DNA from: Promethearchaeum syntrophicum
GTDB taxonomy: Archaea; Asgardarchaeota; Lokiarchaeia; Sigyniarchaeales; Promethearchaeaceae
NCBI RefSeq assembly: GCF_008000775.2
Contig: NZ_CP042905.2
Coordinates: 2,280,001-2,312,000 of the forward strand
DNA: 32,000 nucleotides
Direction of reading: 5' to 3'
Positions 8,325 to 17,793 of the stretch are shown here, piece by piece. The notes below the pieces were generated by a model that worked only from the letters and a program-made list of their open reading frames with translations, was not told the origin of the DNA and did no database searches. Position 1 is the stretch's first letter. Each line of letters opens with the position of its first letter. The translations under genes were made by a program, and so were the position numbers.

Positions 8325-11321
8325 TTATAAGAAGTCGTTTTTTTTTTTTATTTTTTTACTATAAATCATAATAAATCCGAACATAGATAATATTATAAAG
8401 AATGTGCTATAACCTGGAATACTATATATATCTACTTCTATTTTTATAGAATTTGAGAGAGTTTCTCCATTCATATTCTTTGCTACAACGATGAAATAAT
8501 ATGATCCATCAGAGTAATCAGAAATATTAAATGTTAAATCTGTAATTTCAGTAGCTAGTATAGTGAGACTACCATTTATTTCAGTAATTAGACCTGAAAA
8601 CTGGTATACGGAGTAATTTGTTGCAAAATTTGATGCACTCCATGATAATGTAAAATCTCCATCCTCATCAGGAGAATCTGCGTCAGATGATAACTTAAAT
8701 GTAGATGGTGGAATGGAAATAACAACCTTAAGGCAATTTGAGAGAGTCTCGCCATTTACATTTTGTGCTTCAACAACGAAATAATATGATCCATCAGAGT
8801 AATCAGCAATATCAAATATCAAATCTGGAATTCCAGAAGCTAGTGTAGTTAGACTTCCATTTATTTCAGTAATTGGACTTGAAAACTGGTATACCGAGTA
8901 ACTTACTGCAAAATTTGATGCACCCCATGATAATGTGAAATTACCATCGTTATCGGGAGAACCAGCATCTGAGGACAAACTAAATGGTTCCGGTGGATTT
9001 TGATTTGGGAAAAAGATTGAATATTCCGTTTCAGATCCATCCAATGTATCAATATAAGTATAATAGTGGGGATCTTTCCCAAGGTTCAATCCTGTAGTAT
9101 AATCAAATGTTTGAATGGGAATATTGAAATATTCATAATTAAAGATGATATCTCCCGTTTCATAGAGTACTACTTGAAAAGAACAGGTATCGAAAATGTT
9201 CTGATCTGCATCTGAATATTTCACATCTTTCCATTCAGCAACCCAACAATCACTAAAATTTCGGATATAGATGTTTCCTCCCAATTGTGGATAAATATCA
9301 TCCCAAAAAGGGGCAATCATATACTGATACGCAGGTTCATCAAGTGGAAAATTAAAATTTTGCCATTCATAAGGTGAAGTATCATTAAAACTGAGATAAC
9401 CATTGGAACTCACATAAACATCAAGAAAGGTTCCATCATAATAGGAAAATTCAAAGGGTAATTTAGTCTGATGGAAATCATCATCACCTAATAAAAGTTC
9501 TTCTCCGCCAGAAGCTTCTTTCCAAGAATAAAAATAATCATCTATCATAGTGTAATTTGTTACATCATATGTCCAAACAATAGATTCTATTTTATTACTG
9601 GACGGTATGCAATCTGTCATTAGAAGGGGTGATTCAGCTGTAATATTATATTTACCATACTCCATGGGTGTCCAAAGATAGCTACAATCCACTATATTTC
9701 CTATAGATAATAATGGAATGAGTGTTTGATTCACTAAGACATCATTAATATAAATATTCAGTTCTACATCAGCTTCCGCATTTAGACCCAAATTTTGCAT
9801 TGTTGCGTTTATCAAATAACTTGAAGAATACTGGGGATATTGAGGAGAATTCATTTCGACCCAAATTTCATGATCTATTGTCATAAAAGAATTAACTACA
9901 TATCCAGGTGTTTCTTTCGGAACGTTTATCGATTCTGCTGTGGTTTCAATTAAGGCTCCACTTTCATATCTTTCAATTAAGAATGAAGAAATTATCCCTG
10001 ATATGGATGAAGGACCGATATCTAAGAAGAATAATACATCATTATTAGCATTATAATAAGACATATAATTGGAAATATCAAATGCCATGAAATTTGGAAG
10101 TTGATAACTATCGTCATACTCATATGTAGGAGTATAAGAAGTTAACTCTGAACCATGAGGTCCAACCCCAATAGTAAAAATATCATCCATACGCATCGGA
10201 GCAACATCAAATTCCCAAGTAGCTACTAATTCTGGTTGATAATCAATTTCATCGGTAATTACGCATAATTGAAGAGCATAATCTCCGAGAGCATACCCGA
10301 TTTCAATTAAACAATCATAAGTAAGCCAATAGAATCCGTTATCACCCCAAAATGAACCCCAAGAATTTACTACTTTAAAGGCTCCAACATCTCCATCATC
10401 AGTAACACTATCATCGAAACCTACAATACATTGGGCATGATTAAGGTCTGGGGAATCATATTCAGATGAAGAAAGAATATAATTACCATCTGCAAACCCT
10501 GGTGTGTATCCATCTGCATGAAAGGTAAAGGTGACTGGTGTATCACTACCAATTAAAGTCTTTAGTGTATTAATTGTAAGGCTTGGATTAGCTTCATTGA
10601 AATCCAACAAATAATAATTATTAATTTTATGTAAAGGTGCTTCACGCCATGCAGCCTCATTCCCCCAGCTATAATAATCCAAATGATCATAAGGCATAGT
10701 ATTATAGGTTGCACATCCAAAATCTTTTAAAATTTGTGCATTGGATGATTGCCAAGAACCGTAATCCGTGGCAGATACCTTATTAAATGTCCAACCAGGA
10801 TTCAATAAATAGTTATAATTCCCTGAACTTGCATCCCAATTATTATCTTTAGCTTCTAAATAACCATACGCATAATATGTAGTGGCCCATGCAGAACAAG
10901 AACCTTGACTGCCTTGAGAGCTAACTATTGGAAAATACATCTGACTTGAAATATCATAGATTGCACCAGGTTGTGGTGTAGAAAATTGCGTATTTATATT
11001 TTTTATAATTTTTTTACCCATTAAACTTTCTATTTCATTTTGTGTTGGGGCAACAATTCCTGTCCCAAGTCCATCATACATCGTATTTCCTTCACTAAAT
11101 TGAATATTATCAATTTGAGATTTTGTTTTTTCAATAAATTCTTCTGAAATATAATCCATATCATATATATTGCCATTTATTGCACTAGAAAGACCATTAT
11201 ATGGCGCATTTTCTATCGTAGAAGTTGAATTATATATGAAATCTTTTGTAATAAAAATTGAAAAGACAAGAAAGGATAATAGAACTAAGATAGTCATCTT
11301 TCTGGTTATTTTTCTTCTCAT
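8325..11321 (-). CDS. secreted/membrane-anchored papain-like (C1A) cysteine protease with C-terminal FN3-like tandem repeats
   Basis: Catalytic Cys region 'SQGSCSAWATTYYAYGYLEA', His 'LNHAQCIVGFDD', Asn 'VVNSWGSFWGDNGFYWLTYD'. N-terminal signal (MTILVLLSFLVFSIF). C-terminal 'IPGYSTFFIILSMFGFIMIYSKKIKKK'. The ORF track start (11384) is a TTG; ATG at 11319-11321 (MRRKITRKM) is more likely. Confidence 0.9.
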   Translation of the reverse strand: MRRKITRKMTILVLLSFLVFSIFITKDFIYNSTSTIENAPYNGLSSAINGNIYDMDYISEEFIEKTKSQIDNIQFSEGNTMYDGLGTGIVAPTQNEIESLMGKKIIKNINTQFSTPQPGAIYDISSQMYFPIVSSQGSQGSCSAWATTYYAYGYLEAKDNNWDASSGNYNYLLNPGWTFNKVSATDYGSWQSSNAQILKDFGCATYNTMPYDHLDYYSWGNEAAWREAPLHKINNYYLLDFNEANPSLTINTLKTLIGSDTPVTFTFHADGYTPGFADGNYILSSSEYDSPDLNHAQCIVGFDDSVTDDGDVGAFKVVNSWGSFWGDNGFYWLTYDCLIEIGYALGDYALQLCVITDEIDYQPELVATWEFDVAPMRMDDIFTIGVGPHGSELTSYTPTYEYDDSYQLPNFMAFDISNYMSYYNANNDVLFFLDIGPSSISGIISSFLIERYESGALIETTAESINVPKETPGYVVNSFMTIDHEIWVEMNSPQYPQYSSSYLINATMQNLGLNAEADVELNIYINDVLVNQTLIPLLSIGNIVDCSYLWTPMEYGKYNITAESPLLMTDCIPSSNKIESIVWTYDVTNYTMIDDYFYSWKEASGGEELLLGDDDFHQTKLPFEFSYYDGTFLDVYVSSNGYLSFNDTSPYEWQNFNFPLDEPAYQYMIAPFWDDIYPQLGGNIYIRNFSDCWVAEWKDVKYSDADQNIFDTCSFQVVLYETGDIIFNYEYFNIPIQTFDYTTGLNLGKDPHYYTYIDTLDGSETEYSIFFPNQNPPEPFSLSSDAGSPDNDGNFTLSWGASNFAVSYSVYQFSSPITEINGSLTTLASGIPDLIFDIADYSDGSYYFVVEAQNVNGETLSNCLKVVISIPPSTFKLSSDADSPDEDGDFTLSWSASNFATNYSVYQFSGLITEINGSLTILATEITDLTFNISDYSDGSYYFIVVAKNMNGETLSNSIKIEVDIYSIPGYSTFFIILSMFGFIMIYSKKIKKKNDFL
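8422..9001 (-). repeat. two tandem ~95-aa FN3-like repeats inside the C1A protease gene
   Basis: 'FSLSSDAGSPDNDGNFTLSWGASNFAVSYSVYQFSSPITEINGSLTTLASGIPDLIFDIADYSDGSYYFVVEAQNVNGETLSN' versus 'FKLSSDADSPDEDGDFTLSWSASNFATNYSVYQFSGLITEINGSLTILATEITDLTFNISDYSDGSYYFIVVAKNMNGETLSN'. Confidence 0.85.
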
Positions 11322-11541
11322 AATAAAGACCTTGACTATTTGTGAGAATTGATCGTATTTAAGTTTTTGTCCTCTTTGCCACAATTGAAAGAAATAATTG
11401 AAAGAATATTCAATATAAGGTCAAAATTGTTTAGATATATACACAGAAAACCGTTAAATAACTGAAATACCCACAATGAATGCAATAGCTAAAAAACTTT
11501 CTTTATGACCGAAATTCTTATACATCATCCTACCTCTGGTG

Positions 11542-11613
11542 AAATGAGTAAAAATGACCGAAATCGGCACATAAAAATAAATCAATTTATAAGAAAAAAA
11601 TGTAGATTATTTA
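11542..11613 (+). repeat. left copy of ~72 bp direct repeat (element A)
   Basis: 'aaatgagtaaaaatgaccgaaatcggcacataaaaataaatcaatttataagaaaaaaatgtagattattta' aligns nearly end to end with 17778-17850. Confidence 0.85.
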
Positions 11614-11624
11614 TAAAAAAATAA

Positions 11625-11784
11625 TTCCCTACCTTCATTGAATCATCATCTTCTCTTGAAGGATGGGTGAGATCCTTAGAAATTCGTGAATCAGTTGTGC
11701 GCGCATTTGTCGTGATCTCATAAGTAGGAAAGAAAAAGATTGAATTAAAAAGCTTTATGATTTGATAAAGATTCAATTCAAAGA
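11625..11784. repeat. dispersed ~160 bp element, copy 2 (element B)
   Basis: Same sequence and orientation as 7694-7853 with scattered substitutions. Both inverted-repeat pairs are preserved. Confidence 0.85.
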
Positions 11785-11809
11785 TCTTAAACGCTCCAAT
11801 AATTGTTTT

Positions 11810-14077
11810 TTATTTTATATTTCTTGGTTTTTCTTGCTCACATTTTAAACAGAACGGATTATATGTAGTTGTATCATGTTTTTCTCCACACAAATGACAA
11901 TAACTACCTTTAACAAATTTGTTTCGATCTTTAGACCAGCAATTATAACATCGCACCTTATAACGAGAAAATGCAATTTTTTTTCCACATTCAATACAAT
12001 GTGCAGATTTATTCTCTTTTCTATTATCTAAATTTAATTCTTGAATCTTCTGGTTTTTCGATCGAATAATTTCTTCATTTTCATTAACGTTTTTTTTTAA
12101 TTTTTTATTTAAATCCTTAAGTTTAGAAATTTCAAGCAACTGTTGAGATAAAGATTGACTGTATTTTTCATTTTCTTCTTGAAGTTGGGTTTTTAAATTT
12201 GTAATGAATTCATCCCTTTGAGAAATCTCTTGCTTCAAGTTTTCTAATTTCTCAGAATATTGTATAATTTTTGTATTTTTTTCCTCTATGTTTTGAAGAA
12301 TATCAGAATTCTCATTTTTTATATTGCCAGAACGATTATTTATTTCATTAATTTCAATTTTGTATTTCTCAATTAATGAGTTACTAGTTTGGAGTTCAAA
12401 ATTGTATTGCGTTATAATTTTTTGTTGATTTTTGATAATATCCTGCAGTTCTTTTAATTTTTTATGAGAATCCATCATTTTTTCTTTTAATAAATGTCCT
12501 GAAATAATGAATTCTCCATCAATTTTGAAATTTATATTTTTCTTCCATTGAAATAGCTTTTCAAACAAAAAATCTTCTGATATTTCCATTTCTGAAGCAA
12601 TAAAATTCATTGAAAGATAATTACTTAAATTTAAGACATCATTGAATTTTTTTTCTTCATCAGTTAATTTAATTTCGATTATTTTTTCATCAATTTTATT
12701 CTCATTTATACTTGAATGAGTCTCTGTTTTAACTACTATATAATCTCCTTCTAAAAAAATTGGGAGCACTTTAATCCAATTTTTCAATTTTTCATTAAGG
12801 TCCTCATCCAAATAATTAAAATAAGATGCAATATTCTTTAATTGGATTTTGTAACTAATATTTAAGATACCTTTCAAATTATCATATTTTAATTTCTCTA
12901 ATAAATTCTTATACCACTCAGTTTTTCCATCTCTAAAAATTCTATTATGATAAGAAATATTTTCTTGAGCAATTTTAATTAATTCCTCTAGATCATTAAT
13001 TCTAGATAATGGGTTATTTGTAAGATTTAAAATTTTTAACTTTAAATGCCCCAATCCTTCAATTATAGAAATTTGATTATTTGATAAATCTAAAGAATCA
13101 AGACTTGAAAAGCTTGAAAATCCTTCGATTTTAGAAATTAGATTATTTGATAAATCTAAAGATATCAGGCTTGATTGGCTTGAAAAACCTTCAATTTTGG
13201 AAATTTGGTTTCCAGATATGTCTAATTTGATTAACTTTGAAGAATCTGAAAGTCCTTCAATTTTGGAAATTTGGTTATTTGATAAATTTAGAAAATTTAA
13301 ATTCACTAAACTAGAGATACCTTGTATCTTTGAAATTTGGTTATTATCAAGAAATAAATCACTAAGATTTTGTAAAGGGGAAAGATTCTCTATAGTTTCA
13401 ATTTTATTATTAGATAAATTTAAACTCTTTAAACTTTTTATTTTAGATAGGTTTCTGATAATAGTTATTTGATTATTTGATATATTCAGTGTTTCTAACC
13501 ATTTTAGATTAGATAAATTTTTTATTTCTAAGATTTTATTTCTTGATAAGTCTAATTCTATTAAATCTCGAAAAACTGCAATTCCTTCAATTTGTGTAAT
13601 TTTATTTCCAGAAAGATTCAATACCTCAATATCGGAAAATTTTTTATCAAAAAAAGCAAGAAATTCTTCAGTTTCACTTCTTTTTAACCATTTTATTATT
13701 TGATTTAAATTATTAATTGATTGATCAATTATTTTCAAATGAATCCCATTATATGTAGTAAATACTAATTTGAATAAAACTCCCTCAAATTTCTCCTCCA
13801 ATGTTCTACAGAATATGCAATATTCTTCATTACTAAAACCACCTTCACCGTCTTCATCCCCATCCCAGCATGATTCACAATAAATTTCATTACATTCTTC
13901 ACAAAAATGACTACAATCATCGCTTAGATTTTCACTACACAAATAAACACCACATTTTACACATTTTTGAATACAATAAATGCAAGATTCTTGTCCACAT
14001 TCACACATTTTAAAATCATCCATGTCAAAAAATTCTTCACATACAGGGCATTTTTTTTGTTTTGTCATTATAATCAT
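11810..14077 (-). CDS. SDS22-like leucine-rich repeat protein with N-terminal Cys-rich zinc module, coiled coil and C-terminal zinc module
   Basis: N-term 'CPVCEEFFDMDDFKMCECGQESCIYCIQKCVKCGVYLC…CEECNEIYCESCW'. About 10 repeats of ~22 aa (SLNLSNNKIETIENLSPLQNLSDLFLDNNQISKIQGISSL…). Long Glu/Lys/Leu coiled coil. C-term 'CIECGKKIAFSRYKVRCYNCW…CHLCGEKHDTTTYNPFCLKCEQ'. Confidence 0.85.
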   Translation of the reverse strand: MIIMTKQKKCPVCEEFFDMDDFKMCECGQESCIYCIQKCVKCGVYLCSENLSDDCSHFCEECNEIYCESCWDGDEDGEGGFSNEEYCIFCRTLEEKFEGVLFKLVFTTYNGIHLKIIDQSINNLNQIIKWLKRSETEEFLAFFDKKFSDIEVLNLSGNKITQIEGIAVFRDLIELDLSRNKILEIKNLSNLKWLETLNISNNQITIIRNLSKIKSLKSLNLSNNKIETIENLSPLQNLSDLFLDNNQISKIQGISSLVNLNFLNLSNNQISKIEGLSDSSKLIKLDISGNQISKIEGFSSQSSLISLDLSNNLISKIEGFSSFSSLDSLDLSNNQISIIEGLGHLKLKILNLTNNPLSRINDLEELIKIAQENISYHNRIFRDGKTEWYKNLLEKLKYDNLKGILNISYKIQLKNIASYFNYLDEDLNEKLKNWIKVLPIFLEGDYIVVKTETHSSINENKIDEKIIEIKLTDEEKKFNDVLNLSNYLSMNFIASEMEISEDFLFEKLFQWKKNINFKIDGEFIISGHLLKEKMMDSHKKLKELQDIIKNQQKIITQYNFELQTSNSLIEKYKIEINEINNRSGNIKNENSDILQNIEEKNTKIIQYSEKLENLKQEISQRDEFITNLKTQLQEENEKYSQSLSQQLLEISKLKDLNKKLKKNVNENEEIIRSKNQKIQELNLDNRKENKSAHCIECGKKIAFSRYKVRCYNCWSKDRNKFVKGSYCHLCGEKHDTTTYNPFCLKCEQEKPRNIK

Positions 14078-14152
14078 CCAATTATTACGAATTTATTACT
14101 TATATCGAATTTCTGAATCAGAATCATTAGTTTGATTCAAATTTTAAATTTA

Positions 14153-15967
14153 TTAGAAATGTCTGTGAGGTTCAGTTATCCAATTCATTTTAAGTATATT
14201 ACAACCATTTAGTTCAAGATTCTCCATCCATCGTATTATTTTTTTGGAGTATGAACAGATTGGATTTTCATGTAAATATAATTCTTCTAGATTTGTTAGT
14301 TTCTCTATCGAATTGGGTAATGTGGTCAATTTATTATACATTAGATATAATTTTTTAAGTTTTTTTAATTTCCCAATCTTGTCAGGTAGATAAGCTAATT
14401 GGTTATAGCTTAGGATTAATATTTCGAGAGATTTTAAATTGCATATACTCTCTGGAAGAATGGTTAATTTATTGAAGGTTAAATGTAATTTCTTTAGAAA
14501 ATCTAAATTACCAATACTTTCAGGAAGATTTTTTATTCCCTTTTCAGGTAAAAGAAGTTGAGTTATATGATGCTCTTCAGCAATGAAACCATCATATTCG
14601 TATTCTTCGATATTATCTTCATCATTGTCAAGTTCATCATCATTATCATCATCAAGTTCATCATCTTCATTTTCTTTGTCTTCTTTTCTATGATCACCAT
14701 TATATATATTAGGAATTACTCCTATAAGCCCTTCCAATTCCATTAACACATCATATTCTTGTCGAATTAAAGAAACTCCATGATAATCGACTATATCATT
14801 ACAACATTCTTCCAATACTTCATCAACTATCGATTCTAGTTTCTTTTCATTTTTATACTCTATAAATTCACTAATATCAGGTTCATTGAATAAAATATTT
14901 TTTCCATGCTTTTTAATTAAATAATAAAGAATTTTAGCTTCGATCACTGAGTCTTCATAAGCCCTATTGGATTTATTTTTCCCATTCATGATTAAATCAA
15001 TACATTCTTGAACAGTTGGGTTCTTAATTTCGTGATTCTCTACAATTTGCCATTCTTCTTTTGCTAAAGCCATAATATCATTTGCTTTATGAAATTCAAA
15101 ACCCCGAACTTCTAAAAACCCAAAATCAAATTTTGAATTATATGCAGTAATATAATATTTATCAAATAATTCTTGTAAATCACCAGCAAACTCTTCAGGA
15201 TGAATTCCTTTTTCTTCAACTTCTTTAACGGTAAGCGTAGAATTATGAAATATCCAAGCCTTCTTATTTTGTTCTTTAAGTTTAAACTCACTTATTACAT
15301 TATCAAATTTCTTGGTTATATCACCATTTTTCAAATCTAATAAACAAATTCCTATCTCAACTATCAGGTCAGCATTTTTCGATAAACCCGTAGTTTCAAT
15401 GTCTATAATTAGAATTTCTTTCTTATCTAATATTTTAAAATTACTCAATTTTTTATCATTTTCATAAGCATCAACATCGCTTTGAATTTCATTACCTAAT
15501 TCCAATATTCTATTAAAAAAATCTACCTCGCAATCTTCATTTTCATCTTCAGGATCTTCAATAATTTCTAAGGGTTCTTTGATATGGTTTTTATTTAGTA
15601 AGTCAGATTTAATTGATTCAGATTCAGCTTGCATTTCAGAAACTAAATTCCAAATATTCAAAATGAGCTCACCAATAACATCTTCAGAAAGGTATTGTTT
15701 GTTTTTAGAATTCTTCTCACGATATTTTCCACCATTGATAAAATATGTTTTCCCTTTTTCAAATAATGGTTGTAAATCAGCCCTTTTTTGAGTATCGTGA
15801 GTATCTTGAAACATGGTTATTAATACAATAACATTGTTAAGTGTGAAATTTTCATTTTTAAACGCTTGAATTCGCGCTTTTGCTTTAGTAATATAGAGCT
15901 TTTTTGTTTTATTACTGAAATAGATTTGAGGTTCACTCTCGATCGTGATCTTAGTATATTCATGCAT
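14153..15967 (-). CDS. DEDD (DnaQ-like) 3'-5' exonuclease domain fused to typical-type LRRs through an acidic linker
   Basis: ExoI 'LIIDIETTGLSKNADLIVEIGICLLD'; ExoII 'YNSKFDFGFLEVRG'; ExoIII-like 'NRAYEDSVIEAKIL'; then 'IKNLPESIGNLDFLKKLHLTFNKLTILPESICNLKSLEILILSYNQLAYLPDKIGKLKKLKKLYLMYNKLTTLPNSIEKLTNLEELYL'. Confidence 0.85.
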   Translation of the reverse strand: MHEYTKITIESEPQIYFSNKTKKLYITKAKARIQAFKNENFTLNNVIVLITMFQDTHDTQKRADLQPLFEKGKTYFINGGKYREKNSKNKQYLSEDVIGELILNIWNLVSEMQAESESIKSDLLNKNHIKEPLEIIEDPEDENEDCEVDFFNRILELGNEIQSDVDAYENDKKLSNFKILDKKEILIIDIETTGLSKNADLIVEIGICLLDLKNGDITKKFDNVISEFKLKEQNKKAWIFHNSTLTVKEVEEKGIHPEEFAGDLQELFDKYYITAYNSKFDFGFLEVRGFEFHKANDIMALAKEEWQIVENHEIKNPTVQECIDLIMNGKNKSNRAYEDSVIEAKILYYLIKKHGKNILFNEPDISEFIEYKNEKKLESIVDEVLEECCNDIVDYHGVSLIRQEYDVLMELEGLIGVIPNIYNGDHRKEDKENEDDELDDDNDDELDNDEDNIEEYEYDGFIAEEHHITQLLLPEKGIKNLPESIGNLDFLKKLHLTFNKLTILPESICNLKSLEILILSYNQLAYLPDKIGKLKKLKKLYLMYNKLTTLPNSIEKLTNLEELYLHENPICSYSKKIIRWMENLELNGCNILKMNWITEPHRHF

Positions 15968-16023
15968 ATTAAAGCCAGTTTTTGGATAAATAGTAAAATA
16001 ATGAAAGTGTAAATGAAAAAAAA

Positions 16024-16641
16024 TTAATGAACCTGCACCTTATGTTTTTTGTGCCAAAAATATGCTAAAATTATTGGTACAATCATTACTATTGCCATTT
16101 TTGGACTAAAAAACATATCTTCTGGATTTGTACCCATAAGGCTTTCAATCGACATCCAAATTAAAACACTAATGGAATAAAATAAAAACCACATTCCAAA
16201 AGTTTTCCAACCTAAATTATAATTTGGGTGATTTGGATTAGACGGATTGTTTAGATTATTTAATTCATTTGGGTTCTTGAGAAAATAAAGTTCTTTCTTA
16301 TATTTTGCCCTCATAATGAATAAATAGATCGCCACAGGATAAAAACAGAAAATAAAAAAGATCCCCGAATTTTTATAATCTTCAATCTTTTCTTCAAGCT
16401 CACGAATTCTTGGGTTCACTTTTTCATGAACAATTTGTAATTTTACCACATTATTCCCAGTATTTATTGTATTCAATATCGGTTGTATTTGTTGCGGTTG
16501 CTGGTATTGCGGTGATTGTTGGTATTGCAGTTGTTGTTGGTATTGTTGCTTCTGTTGTGGTTGTATTGGTAATTCAAACCCACAATATTCACAAAATTTT
16601 ACATTGTCATTAATGTCGCTTTTACATTCTGGACATATCAT
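16024..16641 (-). CDS. zinc-ribbon, Q-rich membrane protein
   Basis: N-term 'MICPECKSDINDNVKFCEYCGFEL'; Q/Y/P-rich linker 'QPQQKQQYQQQLQYQQSPQYQQPQQIQP'; coiled coil; C-terminal TM helices. Confidence 0.75.
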   Translation of the reverse strand: MICPECKSDINDNVKFCEYCGFELPIQPQQKQQYQQQLQYQQSPQYQQPQQIQPILNTINTGNNVVKLQIVHEKVNPRIRELEEKIEDYKNSGIFFIFCFYPVAIYLFIMRAKYKKELYFLKNPNELNNLNNPSNPNHPNYNLGWKTFGMWFLFYSISVLIWMSIESLMGTNPEDMFFSPKMAIVMIVPIILAYFWHKKHKVQVH

Positions 16642-16857
16642 AAATTTCGCCTTTTTCTTCTTCTTATATTCTTTATTCGTTTAATACAAGGAGATTTATA
16701 TTCGATATATATTTAATTTGTAGTTTTAGAAAAATTCTAAGAAGAAAAACCGTTAGCTAAGAGAAGATTTTCATCGAACCTTATTTACAGTATTGGAAAT
16801 TGTTATTTTTAATTTCCATATAATAATAATTTAAATTAATAATATTTTTAAAATAGT

Positions 16858-17793
16858 ATGGAATTTTCTGATCTAATGCCAAAATTAACGATTAGGAATA
16901 GGAAGGAAAGAAAATATTACTCATTCATTTACTCATATCGCACACAAAAAGAGAATATAATGAAGCATATAGAAATGGGAATTGGGTATAAAATTCCCGA
17001 AAATGATATTTTAGGAAAAAAAACTGATCATTTCTATTGTTCCATTATTGAAAAGCGTTTCAAAAAAAATTTTGTAATTCTAAAAAATAATTACGAAAAA
17101 TTTCTGGTTAAATATGGTCCACTTCTTTTAGAAAAGGTTTTAAATGATTTTGGAATGGATTTCACTTATAATTCAAATAAAATTGAAGGTTCTACATTAA
17201 ATCGACGTGAATCTTGGTTATTACTCAAAGAAAATATTACTCCTAATCATCGAAAATTTTCCGATGCTTTAGAAATATATACACATATGAAAGTTTACAA
17301 CTTATTATTGGATTCTAAAGAAGAGCTTTCCATGAAATTAATCTTAAAATGGCATGAATTGTTGTATAAGGAAACTAAACATCATGCTGGAACGTTTCGA
17401 GATGTCAATGTAGGAATTTGGGGGAGTGATGTAAAATTTCCCGATTATCAAAATGTAATTTCTTTAATGAAAGAATTGATTGACTGGTACAATCGAAAGA
17501 AAGAGGTCTATCATCCTGTGTTACTAGCAGGATTATTTAAATTCAAATTCGTCAATATTCACCCATTCCAAGATGGGAATGGGAGAATGAGTCGATTACT
17601 TATGAATTATCTCTTATACAAAAATGGCCATCCTATGCTGAATATTGAGTATATAAAGCGAAAAGGATATTATACTGCTCTGGAACGTTCTAATCTGCAG
17701 AAAAATGAATTGATTTTTGTTAATTGGTTCTTTAAATACTACATGAATAATGATTATTTTAGCTATTATTACGGGTCAAATGAGCTAAAATGA
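16858..17793 (+). CDS. Fic family protein (predicted AMPylase/NMPylase, class II)
   Basis: Fic motif 'HPFQDGNGRMSRLLMNYLL'; N-terminal inhibitory (S/T)xxxE(G/N) motif 'SNKIEGSTLN'; 'HHAGTFRDVNVGI'. Confidence 0.95.
   Translation: MEFSDLMPKLTIRNRKERKYYSFIYSYRTQKENIMKHIEMGIGYKIPENDILGKKTDHFYCSIIEKRFKKNFVILKNNYEKFLVKYGPLLLEKVLNDFGMDFTYNSNKIEGSTLNRRESWLLLKENITPNHRKFSDALEIYTHMKVYNLLLDSKEELSMKLILKWHELLYKETKHHAGTFRDVNVGIWGSDVKFPDYQNVISLMKELIDWYNRKKEVYHPVLLAGLFKFKFVNIHPFQDGNGRMSRLLMNYLLYKNGHPMLNIEYIKRKGYYTALERSNLQKNELIFVNWFFKYYMNNDYFSYYYGSNELK

Noticed and set aside
11582-11776. 64-aa minus-strand ORF MNLYQIIKLFNSIFFFPTYEITTNARTTDSR…
   Set aside because: Coincides with repeat elements A/B. The other copy of B has substitutions and no equivalent intact ORF, so it is probably not coding.
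13197-13472. 91-aa + strand ORF (MEIWFPDMSNLINF…)
   Set aside because: Mirror image of the LRR repeats of the minus-strand gene.
14558-15791. + strand ORFs 14558..14746 and 15579..15791
   Set aside because: Antisense to the exonuclease-LRR gene. The first is an artefact of the acidic GAT/GAA low-complexity linker.
16410-16613. 67-aa + strand ORF VVVFVAVAGIAVIVGIAVVVGIVASVVVVLVIQ
   Set aside because: Antisense of the CAA/CAG-rich Q linker. The apparent hydrophobic helix is a composition artefact.
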